The notes under the pieces were generated by a model, which was not told where the DNA came from, did not search any database, and saw nothing but the letters and a program-made list of their open reading frames with translations. DNA of 61,177 nucleotides, the filler included, from Dugesia japonica (Eukaryota), in the NCBI GenBank assembly GCA_001938525.1. It is 5 parts of 5 records of this genome, joined end to end, with 100 filler letters (N's around TTAATTAATTAA, not from the genome) between each part and the next. Parts side by side here need not be neighbours in the genome. Positions count along the whole stretch, not along the records: positions 14,981 to 26,358 come from MQRL01601678.1; positions 26,459 to 37,914 come from MQRL01608578.1; 3 more parts are not named here. One strand, given 5' to 3'. The position numbers and the translations under genes are program-made. Positions 20,666 through 32,400 of this stretch are shown piece by piece; positions within the stretch are counted from its first letter, which is position 1; every line of letters begins with the position of its first letter.

Positions 20666-22440
20666 ATGGTAGCATATGATTGTAACACTCCAAAATGGGG
20701 AAAAAAGTAATCATTATTAGATGTAGAAAATTTCCCAGAGGCGCACCTGACTAAAATAAAAATATCAAATCCAATAATCATGCATTTATATCAAGAATCT
20801 GATTTTGTACATGCAGACGCATATGAATGTAGTATAAAATTTGAAGAAGAAGTTTCATATTGTTATACCACGCAAAGTATACCACTAATACCAGCTCGGT
20901 CCCCAGACATAGTGGTAATAGATGCGAGTGATTGTGAGAAAGCGTTTAAAACAAAAACGTTGAAAGTACATGGTAATGAATTACAAGTAAGAGTTTGTGC
21001 GAAAGTAAAGCAAAAAGTGGACATTGTAGGATGGTCAACCGCGAGTGGATATTGTAGAGGGGAAATAATAAAATATCGGGGCAAATGAAATCTGACATCT
21101 TAGTTCGAAGGCAATATCATGTTGAACTAAAGAAAATAAAAGTAACATTTGATGCTGCTCCGGGAAAAATGATGACACATCCATTTTGTAGCTTAAAGTA
21201 CACAAGTTGTGATACCGGAGAATCGATGATGGTGTATAAAGTAAATCCATTTGAATGTACACTTACGAAATTAAGGACAGTTGGAATGAGAGAAGTTAGT
21301 GGAACTTTACCAACGGATAAGCCACCTAACATATAAGATGCAAAAAGGAAAGCAACAGTGATTGGGGAAAAGACAACACCAACAATATATATATCAAATT
21401 CAACACAAGAAGCATTAAGACGTATTGAAAAAGGAGTAGATATCAAGTGTAGAGTAGAAGTGACAGTAACAAATTATAATGGGTTATATCTATCAACAAA
21501 AGAAATAAAAGATGCCAGACCAGGGGTTGATAAACTGGATGTAAAATAGCTACATATTTTAATAATAAAATTGACTTTATCTATCATGAAATTTTAAGAC
21601 AAGTAGATAGAATATATTAAGAAACAATGATGAAAAATTGCAAAAATAAGCGAAAATTGCTAAGAGCAAAAATGGCAATGGAAGTAACAAATCCGGATTT
21701 AGTAGCAGCACTCTTGTTTGAAGAAAGAGGAACATTTGGAAGAATAGTGGGAGAAACTTTAGTGAGTTTTAAATGTAAACCAGTAACAGTTACGCTTACA
21801 GATCATGAGAAATGTACTAATGAATTACCAGTAATTTATAAAGGAGAGAAAGTATTTTTGCTTCCAATAACAAGAATTCTATCAGATAAACATTATCAAC
21901 CAAAAGTGATTNAAAAATGTAGTAATATTCTTGATACTATGTACAAAATAACTGAAGAGGTATGGATAACAGTGTCGGACAGAAAGACAGCACCAACTCC
22001 ACTGATGATGGAAATGATAAAGCTCAGTAGAACAACAGAAATGGAAAGGATTGATAATATGGAAAATCGTGGTATTTATACAATTAACGATATNNNNNNN
22101 NNNNNNNNNNNNNNNNNNNNNNNNNNNNNNNNNNNNNNNNNNNNNNNNNNNNNNNNNNNNNNNNNNNNNNNNNNNNNNNNNNNNNNNNNNNNNNNNNNNN
22201 NNNNNNNNNNNNNNNNNNNNNNNNNNNNNNNNNNNNNNNNNNNNNNNNNNGTAGATAGATTTTTGGGGGGATTGCAATGGTTTGGCAATATATTCTCATG
22301 TATTTTATTTGGGTGGTATGTCTTAACATTTTTAAAAATTAGCGGGTCATCAAATAATTTCTCTAAGACAACTACATGCAGTTTTCGGTTACACATGGAA
22401 ACTAAAACCATGTTGCTGTCCATTTATTGCAAAACACATG
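20666..22440 (+). pseudogene. Chuvirus-like (class III/gB-related) envelope glycoprotein, with 3 stops and 3 frameshifts
   Basis: AYDC..SLLDV, LYQ..C..YC, GYCRG, TYFNNKIDFIY, GETL..KCKPV.V....CTNELPV.Y.G..VFL.P.TRIL, GIYT, TM WFGNIFSCILFGWYVL, LHAVFGYTWKL. Confidence 0.82.
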
Positions 22441-22669
22441 ATTGTGCAAAGCCATAGTGAAAATATAAAGAATCTAGAAAAACATCGAGGCATATATACA
22501 GTAAACACAGATGATGAGCAAGAGTTAAATAAATTAACTAATGATAGATCATCAGATACAGAATATAAGCCATATAAACAAGAAAACATTGAGTTAAAAC
22601 AAATAAAAATAGATGATTCAACACAATATAGATGTCAAAAAAATTACTCAATATCAGTCATAAATTCAG

Positions 22670-23010
22670 AAAATAATAGACCAAAAACAGACATCATAAT
22701 AAATGGAATTAGTATACCTTCGTTAATAGATACAGGAGCAGTATGCTCAATAATAAAAGAATCATGGTTAAATAAAGCCCAAAGACAGAAAATGAAAAAC
22801 TATAAACCAGATGGTATAAAGTCATTTACAGGTCATATAATAAAAACAAAAAGGATAATTGAGTGTACGGTCACAATTGGACAAGAAATTGTTACTTATT
22901 TAGAGTTATGGAAAAGGGAACACAGAATTGTATTTTAGGTATGAATTTTCTGGCAAGATTAAAAGGTTATGTCATTGATCTACAAGATAGCATATTTAAA
23001 AGTGGTAACA
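22670..23010 (+). pseudogene. Retropepsin aspartic protease
   Basis: SLIDTGAVCSII; ILGMNFL after a frameshift. Confidence 0.88.
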
Positions 23011-23603
23011 TCATTACCAGTGCAAGATAAAGGTAATGTGATATGTGCAACAGACTNNNNNNNNNNNNNNNNNNNNNNNNNNNNNNNNNNNNNNNNNNNN
23101 NNNNNNNNNNNNNNNNNNNNNNNNNNNNNNNNNNNNNNNNNNNNNNNNNNNNNNNNNNNNNNNNNNNNNNNNNNNNNNNNNNNNNNNNNNNNNNNNNNNN
23201 NNNNNNNNNNNNNNNNNNNNNNNNNNNNNNNNNNNNNNNNNNNNNNNNNNNNNNNNNNNNNNNNNNNNNNNNNNNNNNNNNNNNNNNNNNNNNNNNNNNN
23301 NNNNNNNNNAAATTGTAGTGGAGGAACAACAAAATAGAGTGAATTTACAGAGGCAGAATAAACAAGTTCCGACTATGAAATCAGGGAAAAAGGGGTGTCA
23401 ATTAAATAATCATGAATTATTTGAACTTATACTGAAGAAACAAAAGAAAAATGAAAAACTAACTGACAAAGAACTAATAAAACAAAAACAAATAAAGTAC
23501 TATGAGAAAGCAAAAATAACAAAAAAAAATCTTACAATAAATCAGCAACAACAACTACAGAAACTGCTAGACAAATATGAGGATGCATTCGCTAAACATC
23601 AAT

Positions 23604-23810
23604 TTGAAACAGTTTAGACCATTTATATATGGAACTGAGATAATTATCCGAACAGATCATAAACCATTAGAGGGTTTGTGGAAAAACAAGGATGCATCCA
23701 GTAGGATATTGAAATGGGCAATGAAAATCCAAGATATGAGCATACGTATAATATACAAGCCAGGTAAAGCAAATTAAAATGCTGATGCATTATCAAGAAT
23801 TCCAGAAATA
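23604..23810 (+). pseudogene. RNase H C-terminal remnant (RT and RNase H N-terminus absent)
   Basis: KQFRPFIYG..IRTDHKPL..RILKW..IYKPGKAN*NADALSR. Confidence 0.85.
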
Positions 23811-23959
23811 AATATATTAGAAATGATGTCAATTGTTATAACTGGAACAAATTTGAAAACGTTTCTAGAAGAACAAAATAAAGATAAAAAAATACAAGAC
23901 ATTAAAAAGATGATGATTCGAGAAAAGAATACTAAATATAAAATGTATAAGAATTTTCT

Positions 23960-25080
23960 TATGTACAATAACTGATGGTTGTACCAGATTCTTTAAAACA
24001 ATTGTTACTGCTACAATATCCTGATGGAGCGCTCGGAGGACACTTATCCAGTAGAAAAACCAAGACTTCTACAAAAATATTATTGNNNNNNNNNNNNNNN
24101 NNNNNNNNNNNNNNNNNNNNNNNNNNNNNNNNNNNNNNNNNNNNNNNNNNNNNNNNNNNNNNNNNNNNNNNNNNNNNNNNNNNNNNNNNNNNNNNNNNNN
24201 NNNNNNNNNNNNNNNNNNNNNNNNNNNNNNNNNNNNNNNNNNNNNNNNNNNNNNNNNNNNNNNNNNNNNNNNNNNNNNNNNNNNNNNNNNNNNNNNNNNN
24301 NNNNGGAAGCGTTTCCTGCCAAAGATGAAACAGCAGATACAGTAGCAAGGTTATTAGTTGAGAAGATAATTTACAAATATGGAGCGCCAAGGAAGCTGTT
24401 ATCAGATAGAGGAAAGAGTTTCCTCAACAAAGTAATTCAACGAGTAACAAATATATTTGATATTAAGAAAATAAATACAACGGCTTATCATCCACAAACT
24501 GATGGGTTAGTTGAAAGATTTAACAGCACATTATGTAATAGATTGTGAATAAACATAAAAATGNNNNNNNNNNNNNNNNNNNNNNNNNNNNNNNNNNNNN
24601 NNNNNNNNNNNNNNNNNNNNNNNNNNNNNNNNNNNNNNNNNNATCTTATGTTTCTCAGAAAAAATCATATGCCAATAGATATAACATTTGAACCAATTGT
24701 GTCACAATATATGGACAATCCAGATTACGTGTCAAAAATGCAAGAAAGATTACAAGAGGTATATAAACAGGCAAATCTAAAAGTAAAGTTCAAACAGGAA
24801 CAATACAAATATTATTATGATCGAAATGTCATTGAACATAGTTTTCAAGTGGGGGATAATGTGAGAATAAAGACACCAATTACACAGAAGGGATTAACAA
24901 ATAAACTAGCAAGGCCTTACAAAGGTCCATATGAGGTAGTAAAGACAACCCCTACAAATCTGCATGTGATAAAAAACAAAAAAGATGATCCCATAATTGT
25001 GGCAGTTAACCGATGCAAAACAGCAGAAGCAGAAATTGAACCTAAAAAACAACACAAATATAATCTTCGATCAGGATCAC
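23960..25080 (+). pseudogene. Gypsy-type integrase
   Basis: GGHL, YGAPRKLLSDRGKSF, TTAYHPQTDGLVERFN, FQVGD.V, KL...YKGPYEV. Confidence 0.9.
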
Positions 25081-25094
25081 AAAATACACTACCA

Positions 25095-25898
25095 CTTTTT
25101 ACACTAACTTTAGTGACATTGTTGACAGTAGGTGTAGCTCAATTAGAGAAGATAAAATGTTCTAGTTATATAAAAACGATAATTTATTCAGATAGAATCA
25201 TACTCAGGGCACCTGATAATATAACGATCGCTGCAACGATAAAAGATAGACCAATCGCATACGTTAAAGATATATCGAGTGAATACACCGGAAAAAAGAA
25301 ATATGTCTTCATACCAATACCAATGAAATTTAACAAGGGGATAGTTCAGATAGAGATAAAAGAACTAGAGGCCAACACAAAATATAGAATTTGGATACAT
25401 TATCGGATAAAAGGAATCAGATCATTAGAACAACATATGTTTACTACATTATCGGAGAAACGAATTATACCACAAATAAGATTAATGACTACTCCCACAA
25501 AACAGGAAAAGTTGAGTACAACCAAATCACAAATAGAAACAACTATTCATCATAGTACACTAGTATATANNNNNNNNNNNNNNNNNNNNNNNNNNNNNNN
25601 NNNNNNNNNNNNNNNNNNNNNNNNNNNNNNNNNNNNNNNNAATAATAACACGAAATTAGATTACCAACAAATACGACACAAAATTCTACAGATGTGGGTT
25701 ACAACAACAATAAAACCATTTAACATAAAAATATTACATCATCCTTTTTCAATACTGGGAATGGCTGCATTACTCTTCCTCCTGGCTTTCATAGTCACAT
25801 TAATCCAAATGCATAAGCGATATAGGTGGAAGAGGCAGCGTTATCGTCGTCGCAATGCTCCACAAATTTCGAACTATGCCCAATGGACATTGGTCTGA
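25095..25898 (+). CDS. Type I membrane protein module fused after integrase: signal peptide, FN3-like domain, Thr-rich stalk, TM, basic tail
   Basis: LFTLTLVTLLTVGVA; IEIKELEANTKYRIWI (FN3 L.P.T.Y motif); ILGMAALLFLLAFIVTLI followed by HKRYRWKR. Confidence 0.65.
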   Translation, partial: LFTLTLVTLLTVGVAQLEKIKCSSYIKTIIYSDRIILRAPDNITIAATIKDRPIAYVKDISSEYTGKKKYVFIPIPMKFNKGIVQIEIKELEANTKYRIWIHYRIKGIRSLEQHMFTTLSEKRIIPQIRLMTTPTKQEKLSTTKSQIETTIHHSTLVYXXXXXXXXXXXXXXXXXXXXXXXXNNNTKLDYQQIRHKILQMWVTTTIKPFNIKILHHPFSILGMAALLFLLAFIVTLIQMHKRYRWKRQRYRRRNAPQISNYAQWTLV

Positions 25899-26282
25899 AC
25901 ACCCTATGTTAAACCTTCAAAAAATATTAAAGTTCTATATTACTATTTATATATATTTCTATTTACATAATAAGCTACTAGTACTTGTAGCAGTACATAG
26001 GACTAGCCAGTCCTTAAAATCAATGTTTAATTATTCTATTATGTCAGAGAAAACATTTCAGCAAAAGATATCAGAAATAATCAAAATCAATCAACATCTA
26101 ACTCTATAAAACAAACAATTTAAGCATCACCAATCAGTTACATATTATACAATGCAATCACAACAACAAAAAATTGAATATGCATGTATGCAAATTGAAT
26201 GTGCATACTGAAAAATCAGTATAAATACTGAATAGTTTGATGGTAAAGCTAAACTTTTAAATTGAGAAAACCTCTCTCTTTT

Positions 26283-26358
26283 AAATTAAATTCACTTTAG
26301 AGAAGTCAATCGACTTTCAAATTCCTTTTCTGGACACCTTAATCCAAAAGAAACCTGG
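26283..26358 (+). mobile_element. Penelope-like RT fragment, second copy in opposite orientation
   Basis: IKFTLEKSIDFQIPFLDTL; reverse complement of about 18623-18695. Confidence 0.7.
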
Positions 26359-27696
26359 NNNNNNNNNNNNNNNNNNNNNNNNNNNNNNNNNNNNNNNNNN
26401 NNTTAATTAATTAANNNNNNNNNNNNNNNNNNNNNNNNNNNNNNNNNNNNNNNNNNNNTAGTTTAAGTAGCAAGTCGAATATTTGTGAAATAATGATTAA
26501 AATTCTAAACTCTGAGTTTATATTGAAATTTGGTACATTTTGATTTATAAATAATTGAAAATACCATTTAAATTTCTCACACAAAATTTTTGTAAACACA
26601 AACGCTTAGTCTCCATTGTGTGTAATTATCGTTTCAACACAGCTTACACAATTTCTTATCAAAGGTCTTTAAAAAAAATTTATTATGCAGGATTTTTATC
26701 TTGAAAAATATCACTTAAGCATATTTTGAAGAAGATAGAGAAGTATGTGAAACTAATTACTCATAAACGTTTGACAGAATGAAAATAATTCCATGCACTA
26801 TTTTATGTATCATGAACAAATTCCAATATTTTTTGTTTTAAAATTTTTATTCAGAAAATACAAAATTGGTCTATTGATTTTATCTATGTCTAGGTAAATC
26901 ATCACACACAAGTTAAAAACACATTAAAGGTTCATTCTTGGGAAGTATTAACCAAACCGCCGCATTAACCAATACTTGCTACTATAGGTTATCATTTTTT
27001 TCATTCGATAGTACTCANTATATGAACAGCATTTAAAACCGAAAGAAGTGGAAANTTTGGTTTCCGAATTATTTCCCTCAAAACAAGAAAACTTCTGTGG
27101 GAACAATATTAACTAATCGTCTGAAAGATTTAGGGAAATTTGTAGCAAGCGATTGGCATTAATTTAAATAAAATACTTTTGACGTTTCTCTTGAAATTAT
27201 AGTGTTTTGTTTGATAAAATCAACATTATTTGTCATTGCACTTATTAAAGAGGAGCTAGCACATATCCCAAGTTTAATTAAAAATATTCATACTTATGGA
27301 AAAAATTTAAATATAAAATTTATAAAAACTTTAAAAATAGTTAATTGATTTTCAATTAAATATTTAATAAATTTCGCACTACAATTTCAATAGAATGTTG
27401 CATCTTACTAAACAACACAATATCATTATTTCTCATATGCATTGAAATATGATTATATCAATTGATGTGTGTCTCAGATAATTCATATTAAAACTTAATC
27501 AATACAGCAATTAAAATATGCAAATTTTTTGTATGTTAAAAAAACACCATTACGTGACGAAATCATTTTTTCTAGAACTACGATGATTACCTAATTTATT
27601 TGATTAAAAGTCAACTTTACAATCCCAATATTCTAAATACAATTTAAATAATACGTATTTTTTATGAATTAAAATTCTAAAAAAAAATATCTCAGT

Positions 27697-27907
27697 ACCT
27701 TCCAAATCTTTATATGTTTTTTGAAAACGTTCATTTTCAATCGGAGAAGCTTCAGACTTTGAAATTTCTGATTTCATTGTTTCTAGATTTGTTTTCATTT
27801 TAGTAGATTGGGATTTGAGATTGTAAAATATATTTATCGATTGATCAGGATTAACAACAGATTCATGAACCAGTTGATTGTTAAACAGAGTTATAATCAC
27901 CGCAAAT
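27697..27907 (-). CDS. Possible internal exon of an unidentified host gene
   Basis: Open frame bounded by tttcag acceptor and gtactgag donor; no recognisable domain. Confidence 0.3.
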
Positions 27908-28399
27908 CTGAAAATATATATTTTTTAAAACTGAATTAAAATAAACTTGGGAATATTTGTCAACTATTAATAAATCCTATAAATATTTATCATTATTAAT
28001 TACATAAATATGAAAATTTGATAACTAATAAAGTAATTTTCATACAGGTGTTTTTAATTTCATTTTTCATTTAATCATGCGATATTTATTTATTTTCGAT
28101 TAATATTTGAGAAACATTATTTCAATATATTTTCCAATCATTTATCGATTTCATTTTTATTTAAATTCCACGTTTAAGTATTTAAATTAAGTAAATCTTC
28201 AACATCGATAAATTTAATTTAAATCTTGAACATCATTTAGAATATAGTTCATGGTAAAAAAGGTAAGATTTACACAAAAAGTTTGGGATGAAATTTACAC
28301 AAAAATTAAATAAAATCAAACCTTTTAACAAATATTTTTGTTAAACAAATAAAAACACTTTTATTACTAAGTCAGTTAGATTTTATCAGATTTGAATGT

Positions 28400-28850
28400 T
28401 CTAGAATATTCTAAAATTTTCCGGAATTTGTAAGAACAGGTTTTTCATCCAAGATAATTTGTGGTAATTTTTTTTACGAGAAAGAGACTTGTTAAGTATT
28501 TCTAAATAAGAAAAACCATAATTATTGGTACTGTCAGTAAATCAGGAATATTTTTGTCATTGCAATTGTGGGAATACTAAAAATATTAGGTCTGAATTCT
28601 TATTCCATGAATCTAAATCCACAACCTGCAGGTACAAAGAGAAGCCAAGCAAATAGGTTATCATACTTTCAAACCAACATTTTGATAAAAAAAAAGTAAT
28701 TGAAAGAAATAAATCTAAAATTGTTGAATTTTATAACTCAACACAAGTTGGCCTAGATACTTTAGATGAATTTATGAGATTCGGAAATAACAAAAAATAA
28801 ACATTTAAATGGCCTCTGAGTATTTGATACAATATTTTTTTACATTGATT
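28400..28850 (+). pseudogene. piggyBac transposase relic
   Basis: KIVEFYNSTQVGLDTLDE and KWPL; degenerate DNFFT and IGTV motifs. Confidence 0.65.
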
Positions 28851-29420
28851 TGAGGACAGTAGTGTTTAGTTCTTGGTTGTTGTCCTCGACCTTTTCAAAA
28901 TCCATTAAAAGTATTGAACATTCATTAAGTTACTGCAAGCAAATGGATATAATAAGCAATTTTTAAATTCATTGATTTCGCAGACAATTGATAAAATATT
29001 GGTTGGTAATAATATTAATTTCGATAAAAAGACTGAAACTTTATTGAATACTCCTGATCCTGATAACACTTTATCAAACTGTTTGTTTTATCGATTCCTT
29101 ATTCTGAAGGTTTTAAAAAGTTTAAGAATTCGATTCTGAAAGCTGTAAGGATCTTCCTTTATTGAAAATTGTTTCTACTTCAGATAACATTGTACATAAT
29201 TGGAGAGACTGTCCGTCATCTCAGTATAAGGGTTCAAAAGCATAATCGTTTTGGTGGTGGTAGTATTATTGCTGAGCAAAAAAATAAATATAAAAGTAAT
29301 TGCAATGCGAATGTGGAAATTTCAAAATTTAAAATTTTCTCTAAGCAATTTAAATATTACTAGGAGAGTGTTGTATGAGGCGTTAATGGTTTGATTTCAT
29401 AATGCAAGCATTAATGTACA
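28851..29420 (+). pseudogene. Penelope-like 3' region with GIY-YIG endonuclease relic
   Basis: LLQANGYN; YIIGETVRHLSIRVQKH. Confidence 0.65.
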
Positions 29421-32400
29421 GGCAGCTATTTCGACTAAATCAATCAAACTTTTAAAATTTTTAGATATAAAATTATTTTTCAAATTTCTAAATCTTTATT
29501 TGTTTTCATATTTTTTAAAGGTTTTGTATTTTATTTTTTTTAAAATGAATTTCAAATTTTATTACTTCATAGGTTTTGAAAAAATTTTAGTATAATCTTA
29601 AGTTAAAAAATTTTTCGAAAAAAATCTTTATTTTAAAGGTAATATTAATTTTAATAAAATATTATTATGGTAATATTGTCTATTTATATTTTTTATAAAT
29701 CTCAAATTTTCGCAATATTAGAATATAACAATATTTTAATGTTAAACATCATCTTATTGTATTTATTCAATAGAGATTTTGTTGATTCATACAATACACC
29801 AACTCAATATGATCGATTATAATAGATATATGAACCTAGAATTTATTTGAACCATTTATAACACTAAATTCAGCACCTTACAAATGTCAATTTTTAATAT
29901 TTATTAGCTGCACTAATTGTTATTGATTCATAAATAGATTGAATATTAGATCAATTCATTTGTCTTTAAATAGCAAGTAGATTGGACTGTTATGCAAATT
30001 GTCATTTCTCTTGAGGTTTTATATGAATTTATATGAATAATAGGATGAGTTATAGCTTAAAATATATTTCTATGAATCAATTGATTATGTGTTTTTATTG
30101 ATTGATAATAGTAAATATAAGGACAAAATTTACAAGTGTAATCATATGATAAATATAATAAATGCAGATTTATAACTACCATTTATTTTATACTTTTATT
30201 TTTTTTTCTTAAAAATATTAGTACGTATTGTTTTGCGGTTATTTTATAATTATTTGTGATTTTTATATTATTCACTACAGATAAATAAAATAATGAAATT
30301 ATTATTATACTATTATTACTATTACTATTATTGTTATTATTAATTCATTTTCATTATTAGTATTATTATTTATTATTAATATTTTTGTAGAAATATTAAT
30401 ACATTGAATTATAAAGCATAAGTAATATATTCAATACAAGGTTTAGATAAATAACAAAAAATTAATTATACATAGATTAATTATACATTTATTAAGCTTC
30501 ATAGATTTCATTGTGCTTAAATTATGTTTTCTATAACAAAATCAATTTATTGACTTTTTTATTTGTTATTAAAGAATACCAATGGATATGTTACAGTCCC
30601 ATCTAATAGAAGACAAAAAGTTTGCTTCATGACAACAATTTCGGTCTTACAATGGATTAAGAAAGTTAACTTTTTTGCCATTTCAACTAATTTTTCTTGA
30701 AAATATTTTAATGTAAATTAAATTATTAAAAGATATGATAAAAGTATATTCAAATGTTTAAAAAAATTAATATTAAAAAAAAACACTTTGATTAACTGTT
30801 CAAAATGAATAAGAACATTTTTGATCTAAGCGCTTTGAAAATCTAGCAAGAAAAAATTTCTATTCTGTTATAACTGTAGACCAATTAGTTTATGGTTATT
30901 ATTTTCAAATGAAAAATAAAGACATTAAAAATTGTTGATTGCAAAATCTGATCTATTGTATTATAGATATNTATTGTATTATAGATATAAAAATTTTAAT
31001 AATTTGGTAATTTTAAATTTTACAAAAATTTGACTCTCAGAATATATTTTTGGTGTTATTTTTGTAAGCCTCATTATTTGTTATTCAACGAAATTAGAAG
31101 AAATATCTAATTTGATAATTATTTATCTAATAATTCCATTTTATATTCTCAAATAAAATTTAAAATATTTATTATAAGAAATATATAATCATTTGTATTT
31201 ATAAAAAATAAATCCATAGTAATTGAAAATTTGAACACAAAATCAGTAACTACCAAATGAATTTTTACAATTAATAAAATATTTATAATTTTACTAAAAA
31301 TAGAGCCTTGAAATACATTTTTCTGAAAACGTTTTGTTAATTATAACTTTCTAATATATAAATCTTAATAAAAATGTTTACAACTCTTACAATATTTTCT
31401 TTACAAATATGGAACATTAATTGTATTATTAGAATAATTTTGAATCTATCTCAATTGAGAAGCTCAGTTCTTAATTTTCCAATAAATTACCATAGTCACG
31501 AAAAAAAATTGATGATTCAGAATTTGAATCATTTAATATAATGTAGTAAAAAAAAATTAACCAACTAAATTATTTTCTTTTTGATAAGTTTCCTAACTTT
31601 TTTAATATCAGAACTAAAGTTAATTTATACGGATAATAATTCTAGATTGCTACTTCTATTTACTTTATAATTTTGTATAATTTTTTCAAAATAAAATATA
31701 GTGTTAATTTTTAAAAAAAGTGTATCAAATATGAAGCCAAAATAATAATTGTATCTTTTATGTAAATGAATAGATATTTTGATACACAACATTTAATAAT
31801 AAAGTACATCAAATTTATTATATGAGCAACAAAAATAAATTAATGTTTAATGAGCCATGCCATGATATAAATATTCTTTGTCTAGAACTATTTTTAATAC
31901 ATATGGGATTATTTTATAACAATCTTTATTGCAATTTTACATTATTAATAATAATATAAATATAATGTTACACATGAAAAAATCAAGTGAAATACACCAA
32001 CATTCTAGAAGAAACAGAAAAGGTTCTTGGACCAACACTCTTTGTACACATTCATTGTGGGAAGCACAGGATTCTGGTACAAGAAATCAGAAAAAATCAT
32101 TAGTTTTCAAAAGCACTGATGAGGACAGGGAAATCCTACAAATGTAGATTTGCTGAACTTAAGGATTCGTACAGAATTTAGAAGAACTTCAATGAATATG
32201 AAGAAAAAAATGAAACAATACATGGAAGCGAAAGAAAGGAAATAGAAAAGGTTAAAGGAATCAAGCTTGCATATGAACAATACTGTGGGAAACAATTGCA
32301 CCCTCGTGGTCATTGTGAGGTTACCAGAACCTGTTCCACTGTGTTGTGTAAATAAATATTAATAGGTAAATAGGGCTATATCCCTACCCGACGAGGAAAT

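Larger units (their letters stand above)
20021..25898 (+). mobile_element. Decayed Ty3/gypsy-type retroelement with envelope gene upstream of, and fused to, pol
   Basis: PR-(RT)-RH-IN order; GPY integrase tail; chuvirus-like glycoprotein reads into the protease; no LTRs identified. Confidence 0.85.
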
